34,446 bases of DNA from a virus (Duplodnaviria; Caudoviricetes): positions 1 through 34,446 of the IMG/VR virus record IMGVR_UViG_3300032218_000050; one strand, given 5' to 3'. A program made the position numbers and the translations under genes. This document shows positions 27,402-34,444 of this stretch, piece after piece. Each line of letters opens with the position of its first letter. The first letter of the stretch is position 1. The notes under the pieces were generated by a model. It saw only the letters and a list, made by a program, of their open reading frames with translations, did no database searches and had not been told where the DNA came from.

Positions 27402-28348
27402 AAAACAATTTCCTTGATTCTTTGGATAGTTGTTTGTTTATCGTTAGCGGCTTTGGCATAAATATCATCTGACCATTTAATTTTGTTTTGTGTTGCATCT
27501 AACATTTCATTTTTGTTTGCAACAATTTGGTCTTTATGGATGTTGTAGCCACATAGCCCTAATGTGTTTTCACATGATTCGTCAAACAAGCAAATAGTTC
27601 CGCTATTCAAGGATTCGTAAAACCGATTGGCCAAATAGTTGTAGGCGTAATGAGTTTTTTCATCTTCTAGGTAAAGCGAAAACCCGTATTTAGATAAATC
27701 GCCTTTTTGTATATCCAGCCTGTTGATGTAACTTGGATTAACTTCGAGGGCATCAATCTTTGGTCTGTTTTTTAAATGGGTCGATACAGTCATACCATCA
27801 AAATACTTTTTAAAATATTTCTTTCGGTCATCACGATATGAGCCGTAATAAATACATTCTTTATTTTTGTTGTTGTCAAATGAGTAGTTGCCAAATACTA
27901 AAGAATTGATATTCATCGTTAGCCATTCGTCTACATACTTCATAACCACTTTGCTGACCTCATGTGGGTGGTTGGCTAAAACTGTGTATTTGCGGCCAGC
28001 CTTTGCCGCCATCCATAGAGTTCTAGGTTCTCCAAGGTTGTATTCATTGGTTACATAAAATAGTTTGGCATTAGGTGATTTCTCAATCCATGAGTAGTCT
28101 GTGTAAGCGTAATGGCTTGCATGGACAAACACAATGGCCTCATAGTCCCCACGCACATAGTCATTTACATCTGGGTAAGACCAAATTAAATCAGCATCTA
28201 ATGCGTCTGAAATCATTTTGGCGTTTTGCCAATGTAAGTTTTCAGCAGGCTTGTCGTTTGATGACTTGTGGCTGTCTATCACCAATATCTTTTTATTAAA
28301 TTCTTTTTTTGGTTTTAGTTCGGCAAATAAATCAAACTGATTAACCAT
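27398..28348 (-). CDS. GT-B glycosyltransferase resembling T4 DNA beta-glucosyltransferase
   Basis: Colinear motifs versus T4 BGT as I recall it: IYYGSYRDDR / IYGGSFRSGQR; NYLANRFYESLNSGTICLFDE / NFITLRVWETMASDAVMLIDE; DYEAIVFVHAS / DYDRLIVVNSS; KLFYVTNEYNL / KIYYLFTDIRL. Confidence 0.72.
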   Translation of the reverse strand: MVNQFDLFAELKPKKEFNKKILVIDSHKSSNDKPAENLHWQNAKMISDALDADLIWSYPDVNDYVRGDYEAIVFVHASHYAYTDYSWIEKSPNAKLFYVTNEYNLGEPRTLWMAAKAGRKYTVLANHPHEVSKVVMKYVDEWLTMNINSLVFGNYSFDNNKNKECIYYGSYRDDRKKYFKKYFDGMTVSTHLKNRPKIDALEVNPSYINRLDIQKGDLSKYGFSLYLEDEKTHYAYNYLANRFYESLNSGTICLFDESCENTLGLCGYNIHKDQIVANKNEMLDATQNKIKWSDDIYAKAANDKQTTIQRIKEIVL

Positions 28349-28584
28349 CAGAAGTTCTCCTTCTCATACCATTGTTGGACAGTTTGAGATACAGGCTTGG
28401 CAACGATAGGGCGCTTGTAGTCGCTGGCGCTCTTTTCCCATTGGTGCTTAGAACACTTAGGCTTATCACCGCTAATGTGGACAGACCAACGATTTTGGCA
28501 ACCAGACACAGAACACATAAGACGCTGAACTTCGTCAAAGCCGTTATCTTGGTTTTGGTTGTTTTTGAAATTAGTTAGTGCCAT
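28348..28584 (-). CDS. Small Cys/His protein downstream of the replication initiator
   Basis: CSVSGC...CSKH putative Zn site; overlaps the rep stop. Confidence 0.7.
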   Translation of the reverse strand: MALTNFKNNQNQDNGFDEVQRLMCSVSGCQNRWSVHISGDKPKCSKHQWEKSASDYKRPIVAKPVSQTVQQWYEKENF

Positions 28585-29329
28585 GGTATTTTCCTTCTAC
28601 AATTTTTGCAAAATTACTGGGTTTAAGAATCCACTCTAGGTCTGCCACAAAAGCGCGACCATCTTTGCTGTTGACCTTGCCTGTCAAGAAACGAGATGTA
28701 CCGATGTGGTCAAAGAACTCTGCAAACCAACCAAGAATGTCTGGTGCGCCTATTTCCTTGGTCTTGGATAGTTCGTCAGCAACCTCACGCCATCTCTGCC
28801 GTAAGTAGCCTTTACGGGCATCGTTCCAAACCTCTACCTTGCGTAGCGTTGGTAAGTGCTTGTGGTAAAGGTCTATGACCCCTTGGTGATTACATTTTGG
28901 TAAACCATTTCCTATATCTGGCTCACCGCTAGGTGGGCTTATAGATATATCTGGTTTATGGTTAATGGTTATTGGTTCTTGGTTATTGGTTGGTTGAACA
29001 TCCGTTGAACGGGCGTTGAACCTTCGTTCAGCAGACGCTTTACCAGCCTTAGACGCTTGTTCAATCTTCGAGTGGTAATGCTCTATTTCTTTGTTGGCTC
29101 TTGGGCTTACAAAGCCATCTGGTGTCGACAAAAAGAATTCGCTAAGAACCGAAAGAACTTCTTGTTCATGTTCGCGCATATTGATTTGCCGAGCAATATC
29201 GCGTTGAGGAATTGGCTTTTCGTGAAGATAGTAAAAGTCCAGAAGCCTGCGGTAAGCACAATCTTCTATGACATTTAAATGCCGTGTGTGGGAAGCATAG
29301 TCCCCAATATTAAATTGATAGTAATGCAT
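28571..29329 (-). CDS. Replication initiator, DUF1376/YdaU family
   Basis: MHYYQFNIGDY..HTRHL...AYRRLLDFYY N-terminus; ADLEWILKPSNFAKIVEGKY C-terminus; internal iterons. Confidence 0.85.
   Translation of the reverse strand: MHYYQFNIGDYASHTRHLNVIEDCAYRRLLDFYYLHEKPIPQRDIARQINMREHEQEVLSVLSEFFLSTPDGFVSPRANKEIEHYHSKIEQASKAGKASAERRFNARSTDVQPTNNQEPITINHKPDISISPPSGEPDIGNGLPKCNHQGVIDLYHKHLPTLRKVEVWNDARKGYLRQRWREVADELSKTKEIGAPDILGWFAEFFDHIGTSRFLTGKVNSKDGRAFVADLEWILKPSNFAKIVEGKYHGTN
28952..29032. repeat. Iteron-like arrays inside rep (candidate origin)
   Basis: TGGTTNN heptamers at 28952, 28959, 28966, 28973, 28980 and 28987; GTTGAAC at 28993, 29004, 29015 and GTTCAGC at 29026 (11-bp period). Confidence 0.75.
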
Positions 29330-29350
29330 ATAACCTGACGTTCTCGGTTG

Positions 29351-29421
29351 TCGTTACTCACAAGGAAACTATGGCAGGGCGGTAACGAGTCGCCTTTTCC
29401 CCCGCTAAGGGTAGCCTAGCC
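29351..29421 (-). ncRNA. Structured 5' leader of rep
   Basis: Three-way junction GGCTAGG / CCC-TTAGC-GGG / GGCG-ACTCGTTAC-CGCC / CCTGCC; loop TCGTTAC is complementary to downstream GTAACGA; TATAAT at 29425-29430. Confidence 0.55.
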
Positions 29422-29434
29422 TCCATTATACATT

Positions 29435-29587
29435 CTAGGCAAACCAACTTGGTTTAAGCAACTGCAACTGCCATATCCTTTGTTGAGGAACAGTTACCCA
29501 TTGGGAAACAGCCGCTTGGCTGATACCTAATAGTTTGGCAAGGTCACGCTGTGAGCCTGCGAGTGCAATAAACTTTTGTTTGTCCAT
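29435..29587 (-). CDS. cro: Cro-like HTH regulator (50 aa)
   Basis: Not in the ORF track. MDKQKFIALAGSQRDLAKLLGISQAAVSQWVTVPQQRIWQLQLLKPSWFA. Confidence 0.88.
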   Translation of the reverse strand: MDKQKFIALAGSQRDLAKLLGISQAAVSQWVTVPQQRIWQLQLLKPSWFA

Positions 29588-29593
29588 ACAACC

Positions 29594-29622
29594 ATTATAT
29601 AAGAATACTTATAATAAGTAAA
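29594..29622 (-). promoter_or_regulatory. Leftward promoter for cro
   Basis: TTTACT (29617-29622), 17 bp, TATAAT (29594-29599); ATAAG-N4-CTTAT inverted repeat at 29599-29612. Confidence 0.7.
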
Positions 29623-29680
29623 TAGGGATAAACCCTTACATTTATTTAATGTATTAGGGAAAACACCTAGAAAATAATAC

Positions 29681-29708
29681 TTGACATTGTGATAAGTTGG
29701 CTTATAAT
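29681..29708 (+). promoter_or_regulatory. Rightward early promoter 1
   Basis: TTGACA, 16 bp, TATAAT; ATAAGttggCTTAT at 29692-29705. Confidence 0.85.
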
Positions 29709-29755
29709 TATTACATGCCCTAACAAATTGTATGGGGTCTTTTAAAGGAATGATT

Positions 29756-30193
29756 ATGGAATTTGTTTTAAATGATGGTGGTCGCGCAGAGGCTGGTTTC
29801 AAAGGTAAGGCTGGTGACTGCGTAGCCAGAGCCATAGCAATAGCATCTGGCTTGCCTTATACAGAGGTTTACAACGCTCTGGCACAAGGCACAGGCAACC
29901 AACCAGCAGGCAAGCGTGGTAAGCGCCCTGCAACAGCCAACCAAGGCATCACAGTAGGTCGCAAGTGGTTCAAGGATTACATGGCTTCTATTGGCTTTGT
30001 ATGGACACCCACAATGGGTATCGGCACAGGATGCAAAGTGCATTTAGCAGATGGCGAATTACCAATGGGTCGATTGGTTGTGTCTGTTAGCAAACATTAC
30101 ACATCTGTTATTGATGGTGTTGTCAATGACACTTGGAATCCACAACGCTCTACTGGTCGCTGTGTCTATGGCTATTGGAAAAAAACAGACTAA
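29756..30193 (+). CDS. Early protein with possible papain-like Cys-His-Asp triad
   Basis: GDCVARAIAIA ... VSKHYTSVIDG ... DTWNP; AAGGA RBS before ATG 29756. Confidence 0.65.
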   Translation: MEFVLNDGGRAEAGFKGKAGDCVARAIAIASGLPYTEVYNALAQGTGNQPAGKRGKRPATANQGITVGRKWFKDYMASIGFVWTPTMGIGTGCKVHLADGELPMGRLVVSVSKHYTSVIDGVVNDTWNPQRSTGRCVYGYWKKTD

Positions 30194-30216
30194 GGGTAAG
30201 TCCCTACAAAATAGTA

Positions 30217-30244
30217 TTGACAACTATATAATCCCGCTTATAAT
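30217..30244 (+). promoter_or_regulatory. Rightward early promoter 2
   Basis: TTGACA, 16 bp, TATAAT; ATAATcccgCTTAT at 30228-30241. Confidence 0.85.
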
Positions 30245-30293
30245 ATCAACCATGCCCTAGCAATTTCGCAAGGGGTCTTTTAAGAAAGTATGT

Positions 30294-30617
30294 ATGACAT
30301 ATTCAACAGCAGACGGCACAGTAGTTAGACGCAAAGGCAACAAAGGCCCAAGACCTAACGCTCGTAAAGAATGGATTGTTATCCGCATGGACACTTATGT
30401 TGGCGCATTAAAAATGTGGAAGCCAACTTTGCCAATGACTATCAAACAAGCCGCTCTCGCATTTAATCACTTTAGCCGTTGGGATGAAGTGGCAGTAAAG
30501 ATGATTACTGTCAAAGAGTGGGAACAAATGCAAAAAGAAATGGCATGGAAACATAACGCCCCATTTAACCCACAGTTCTTAGGCGCACAACCCGCTTGCG
30601 CTGGTCAAGATTATTAA
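30294..30617 (+). CDS. Hypothetical early protein
   Basis: 107-aa ORF directly behind promoter 2; Arg/Lys-rich N-terminus. Confidence 0.7.
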   Translation: MTYSTADGTVVRRKGNKGPRPNARKEWIVIRMDTYVGALKMWKPTLPMTIKQAALAFNHFSRWDEVAVKMITVKEWEQMQKEMAWKHNAPFNPQFLGAQPACAGQDY

Positions 30618-30667
30618 ACCAACGGGGCGCAAGCCCCATCCCTTTCAACCTTTACAGGACAATTGAA

Positions 30668-30868
30668 ATGAATATTACAAACTATTGGTATTTTGTTAAT
30701 CAAGCCATAAAAGAGGCAGAACGCCTCAAACAACAAAGCATTTCCCAAATGCAATATCACAATTACATGGTGGTGCGTGATGAAGAAAATTATGTTGTCC
30801 AGATGTTCAATTATCCCGCCCGTGACCAAGCAATTGCAAACGGCAATTTGTTGTATATAACTCGCTAG
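30668..30868 (+). CDS. Hypothetical early protein
   Basis: AGGA RBS before ATG 30668 (MNITNYWYF...). Confidence 0.65.
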   Translation: MNITNYWYFVNQAIKEAERLKQQSISQMQYHNYMVVRDEENYVVQMFNYPARDQAIANGNLLYITR

Positions 30869-30878
30869 GAATCACAGC

Positions 30879-31145
30879 ATGATTAAAGATTACGCAGACG
30901 AACACACAGACTTTGACCGCATGACTTGCACTTGCGACTTTACAGAAGTTGATTGCTTCTTTGACTCCTACACCGACAGTCTGCACTTTGCATACATCGG
31001 TGGTCAGTTAGTCACCGAGATGTTGCGCGACTCAGTTATCCAAGACTTTGAACGCCAATACACCAAGGCTTGCAAAGAAGAAGCCTACAACGACAAACTT
31101 GATGCCGCCATTGCCCGTTACGAACTCAAACAGGAACTAGCATGA
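30879..31145 (+). CDS. Acidic hypothetical early protein
   Basis: AGGA RBS; 88 aa. Confidence 0.7.
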   Translation: MIKDYADEHTDFDRMTCTCDFTEVDCFFDSYTDSLHFAYIGGQLVTEMLRDSVIQDFERQYTKACKEEAYNDKLDAAIARYELKQELA

Positions 31146-31279
31146 AACACAGCAATTACACAGAACACGGCATTGAAGGCCCGTTCACCCCACCACCCAC
31201 GCTTGCCGACAAAGTATTGTTCTGGCTCTCTGGCTTTGTAACAGGCTTAGTCTTTACCCTTTTAATCACAGGAAACTAA
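31142..31279 (+). CDS. Small membrane protein (45 aa)
   Basis: Not in the ORF track. ATGA-coupled; ADKVLFWLSGFVTGLVFTLLITG TM helix. Confidence 0.65.
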   Translation: MKHSNYTEHGIEGPFTPPPTLADKVLFWLSGFVTGLVFTLLITGN

Positions 31280-31552
31280 ATGCGAATGATTACCTACTCA
31301 ATACTTTGTTGGGCGTCTCTTGTAACGGCTGGCTGTTCAACCATCACAGGCTCTGCACCACCAGCCCCCAGTCAAGAACTGATTGTCGACAAACAAGTGC
31401 AACCAATGGGGCGCAATGAAGTCATAGACGCTGTTCGCCAATGCGAATCTGCTGGGCTTCGTGCCATACCGCTATACGCCAAACGCAAGGTTGGTGGTTA
31501 CACAGTAGAAACTGTTATCGAGGTCACTTGTGGCCCTAAATACGCTTATTAA
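31280..31552 (+). CDS. Putative lipoprotein
   Basis: Signal peptide MRMITYSILCWASLVTAG-C (lipobox-like TAGC), plus two further Cys. Confidence 0.7.
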   Translation: MRMITYSILCWASLVTAGCSTITGSAPPAPSQELIVDKQVQPMGRNEVIDAVRQCESAGLRAIPLYAKRKVGGYTVETVIEVTCGPKYAY

Positions 31553-31561
31553 GGAAACACC

Positions 31562-31729
31562 ATGCAAATCGAATTAAACATTGAAGAAATTAAAGAAGCC
31601 GTAGCGCTTATCTTGTCTGTCAAATACAACCTAGATGTTAAGAAATGCAATTTCACATACGACTTGGTTGACTTTGACGAACACCTATTTGGTATGACTT
31701 GTGTAGTTTATGAAAAGGAAACAAAATGA
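31562..31729 (+). CDS. Hypothetical protein (55 aa)
   Basis: Not in the ORF track. AAGGA RBS; MQIELNIEEIKEAV...; ATGA overlap with erf. Confidence 0.65.
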   Translation: MQIELNIEEIKEAVALILSVKYNLDVKKCNFTYDLVDFDEHLFGMTCVVYEKETK

Positions 31730-32283
31730 AAAACATAGCCACAGCATTAGTTAAAGCACAAAAGGCTTTTGGGCCTGCTTTAAAGACCTCTACAAACCCA
31801 CATTTCCGTTCGCGCTACGCTGACCTCTCCGCTTGCGTTGAGGCTGTTGTAGACGCTTTAAACGCGAATGGCATTTTCCTATTACAGAAGAACTATGACT
31901 GCGCTGACGGGGTTATGGTTGAGACTGTATTTGTACATGAGTCTGGCGAGATGTTGGAGTGTGGCATCGTGCATTTCCCAGCCACCAAACGCGATAGCCA
32001 AGGCTACGCTAGTGCTTTGACTTACGCTCGGAGATATAGCCTTATGAGTGCCTGCGGCATCGCGCCCGAAGATGACGATGGTAATGCGGCATCCAAGAAA
32101 CAACCAGAGCAAAAGGCTAACCACAACCTTATGCAAGACCACATCACCGCCATCCAAGACGCTAAAACAGTTGAGGAATTGCAAACAGCGTTCAAAGATG
32201 CTTACAAAGCGGCAGGCACAGACAAAGAATGGCTTGAGGCTATAACTGGTGCAAAAGATTTAATGAAGCGTAGCCTTAAATAA
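31726..32283 (+). CDS. erf: ERF-family single-strand annealing protein
   Basis: NPHFRSRYADL, HESGE, QGYASALTYARRYSL..ACGIAPEDDDGN. Confidence 0.92.
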   Translation: MKNIATALVKAQKAFGPALKTSTNPHFRSRYADLSACVEAVVDALNANGIFLLQKNYDCADGVMVETVFVHESGEMLECGIVHFPATKRDSQGYASALTYARRYSLMSACGIAPEDDDGNAASKKQPEQKANHNLMQDHITAIQDAKTVEELQTAFKDAYKAAGTDKEWLEAITGAKDLMKRSLK

Positions 32284-32501
32284 TGTTGCAAGGAATAACC
32301 ATAGAACCCCATTGCACTTGTACTAAGTGCGGTGGCAAAGGCTATGCGGAAGTGCGTTGCCAAACAATCATTAAAACTGGTCATGTGCGCCAATGCTCAC
32401 ACCCAGCAACACACCAAGTCGATGGAGTGCCTTGTTGCCACATCCATTATTTAAAACAATATCGTGATTACAAAAAAGGAATCAAAAATGGAACAGCGTA
32501 G
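32283..32501 (+). CDS. Cys/His-rich small protein
   Basis: CTCTKCGGKG..., RCQ..., QCSH..., CCHIH; TAATG-coupled to erf. Confidence 0.6.
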   Translation: MLQGITIEPHCTCTKCGGKGYAEVRCQTIIKTGHVRQCSHPATHQVDGVPCCHIHYLKQYRDYKKGIKNGTA

Positions 32502-33108
32502 CGAAGAATGGTTTGCCGCCAGATTAGGCAAAGTTACCGCTAGTCGTGTGGCAGATGTAATTGCTAAAACAAAATCAGGTTACAGCACCAGCCGCGATAA
32601 CTACATGGCTCAATTAGTCTGCGAAAGGCTAACTGGTCAGCAAGGTGAATCTTTTACTAATGCCGCCATGCAACATGGGACTGAAACCGAACCATTAGCG
32701 CGTTCAGCGTATGAGGCTTATGCCGACCTAATGGTAGAAGAAGTAGGGTTCGTACAGCATCCTAAGATTGAGATGGCTGGCGCGAGTCCTGACGGCTTGG
32801 TGGGGCTGTTTGGTATGTTGGAGATTAAGTGTCCAAACACCGCCACGCATATTGACACACTGTTATCTCAGTCTGTGCCGACCAAGTACATCACGCAAAT
32901 GCAATGGCAAATGCGTTGCTGTGAACGCCAATGGTGTGACTATGTTTCATTCGATAACAGATTGCCCGCAGACCTTCAGTTGTTTGTTAAGCGCGTTGAG
33001 TTTGACGCGCTTTATGTAGCAACGCTAGAAGAAGAAGTAAATCTATTCCTAAAAGAATTAGATAACAAAGTAAATAAATTAAACAATTTGAAAGTAAAGA
33101 ATGTCTAA
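32488..33108 (+). CDS. YqaJ/lambda-type exonuclease
   Basis: EQRSEEWFAARLGKVTAS, AGASPDGL, LEIKCP, QMQWQM; AAGGA RBS before ATG 32488. Confidence 0.93.
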   Translation: MEQRSEEWFAARLGKVTASRVADVIAKTKSGYSTSRDNYMAQLVCERLTGQQGESFTNAAMQHGTETEPLARSAYEAYADLMVEEVGFVQHPKIEMAGASPDGLVGLFGMLEIKCPNTATHIDTLLSQSVPTKYITQMQWQMRCCERQWCDYVSFDNRLPADLQLFVKRVEFDALYVATLEEEVNLFLKELDNKVNKLNNLKVKNV

Positions 33109-33331
33109 AACACAATATGAAGTCAGCGTTATCACAGGCAAATACACCAACAAAGACGGGCAAGAAAAGAACCGCTATCAGCGCATCGGCTCGGTCATCG
33201 AGACCAAGAATGGGCCTATGCTGAAGTTTGACTGCATTCCAATGGTAGAAGGTGGCTGGTCGGGTTGGGCTTATCTCAATGCGCCAAAAGAACAAGCACC
33301 CAAGGGTGGTTTTGATGACATCGACTTTTGA
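33101..33331 (+). CDS. Small SSB-like protein
   Basis: GKYTNKDGQEKNRYQRIG beta-rich core; acidic tail FDDIDF; follows erf/exo. Confidence 0.7.
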   Translation: MSKTQYEVSVITGKYTNKDGQEKNRYQRIGSVIETKNGPMLKFDCIPMVEGGWSGWAYLNAPKEQAPKGGFDDIDF

Positions 33332-33608
33332 GCAAAGAAAGAAAGACTGGTGGGAATGGCACAAAGCCAACCCAGAGGTCTGGCAATACTTTGAGAAGTT
33401 TTCGCTAGAAGCCATCCAACGGGGCAGAAAGAAGATTAGTCATTGGCTAATCATCAATCGAATTCGTTGGGAGGTTTCTATCGTGACAACAGGCGTTGAC
33501 TTCAAAATCAGCAATGATTACATCGCTTTTTACGCTAGGTTATGGATAGCCCTATACCCAGAATATAAAGACTTGTTTACGATTAAAAAAATGATTGGAG
33601 AAACATGA
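33315..33608 (+). CDS. Conserved phage hypothetical protein
   Basis: WHKANPEVWQYFEKFSLEA...IINRIRWE...FKISNDYIAFYARL; start reassigned to ATG 33315. Confidence 0.7.
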   Translation: MTSTFEQRKKDWWEWHKANPEVWQYFEKFSLEAIQRGRKKISHWLIINRIRWEVSIVTTGVDFKISNDYIAFYARLWIALYPEYKDLFTIKKMIGET

Positions 33609-33778
33609 TTGAAGAAACGCCAGAAGAACGCGAAGTATTTAGCGCAATGGAACAAAGTTCAGTTAGAAAAGAACTAATCCGCAGTATGGACAAGTATCTG
33701 TCAGTTATGGAGGAACTTGCTATTGCCCGCGCAGAGATACGCGAATTAAAAGAACGCATAGAAAGGCTAGAAAAATGA
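33605..33778 (+). CDS. Small coiled-coil protein (57 aa)
   Basis: Not in the ORF track. GGAG RBS; ATGA overlaps at both ends. Confidence 0.7.
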   Translation: MIEETPEEREVFSAMEQSSVRKELIRSMDKYLSVMEELAIARAEIRELKERIERLEK

Positions 33779-33960
33779 ACGCATTTCACCCTGATTACAT
33801 AAAGATTTATCACCCAGAATTTAATAACTTTTTTAAGAGCCAACAAGCGCTAACAGCAGAACGCGAGATGGCTAAACGAAGTGTCAAGCCTAAACGCTTT
33901 TATGTTTATGCTTTGGCTGACAGAATCAAACCACCTAAAAGGAGATATGTAAACCTATGA
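33775..33960 (+). CDS. Hypothetical basic protein
   Basis: ATGA-coupled 61-aa ORF. Confidence 0.65.
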   Translation: MNAFHPDYIKIYHPEFNNFFKSQQALTAEREMAKRSVKPKRFYVYALADRIKPPKRRYVNL

Positions 33961-34061
33961 TTGAAAGCATACTAACCATTATTGTCGTGTTACTTATTGG
34001 CGCGTTTATAGGCGCTGGCATCCTAGTCGCTGTGCTGTGGATTAGCGTAGACAAAGACTAA
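33957..34061 (+). CDS. Single-TM peptide (34 aa)
   Basis: Not in the ORF track. MIESILTIIVVLLIGAFIGAGILVAVLWISVDKD; ATGA-coupled. Confidence 0.55.
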   Translation: MIESILTIIVVLLIGAFIGAGILVAVLWISVDKD

Positions 34062-34444
34062 GCGTGGTACTCGGCTTCTGTAAGGATGCCAATTTTGTAC
34101 TTGCCTTCTGGTTTAAAGATGGTCAATGATTGCTGGCGCATCTCGGGCGCAAACGATATGTGCATCCACTTTCCAAATTCGTGTATACATTGGTCAAATT
34201 TGATGCCGTTTTTTAGAACAATCTGACATAACTCGTAAGGAGTATGAGCAGAAGAAGAGCAGTCAATAGCCCAACCATCCATGTGGCTGGATACTTTAGA
34301 ACCGCCAACAGCAAGATTAACATCGGGCAAGCGTAGCCAAGAATTAACACGAAGAGCGCCTGTGACATTTCGCACCTCCTCCAGTTTTTCAGCCGCCGAC
34401 TTCATGTTTGCCATCTGTTGTTCATCGGGCTGGTTATTTATACC
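34058..34444 (-). CDS. Endolysin, peptidase M15 family, 5' end truncated by the window edge
   Basis: VNSWLR..VN.AVGG...SSHMDGWAID (H-x6-D) and WMHISF; the frame stays open to the window end (GINNQPDEQQ). Confidence 0.88.
   Translation of the reverse strand, partial: GINNQPDEQQMANMKSAAEKLEEVRNVTGALRVNSWLRLPDVNLAVGGSKVSSHMDGWAIDCSSSAHTPYELCQIVLKNGIKFDQCIHEFGKWMHISFAPEMRQQSLTIFKPEGKYKIGILTEAEYHA

Noticed and set aside
28952-29032. CRISPR array
   Set aside because: Units are 7-11 bp, lack unique spacers and lie inside a CDS.
29527-29835. 102-aa minus-strand ORF across the control region
   Set aside because: Overlaps promoters, cro and the first early gene; no recognisable motif.
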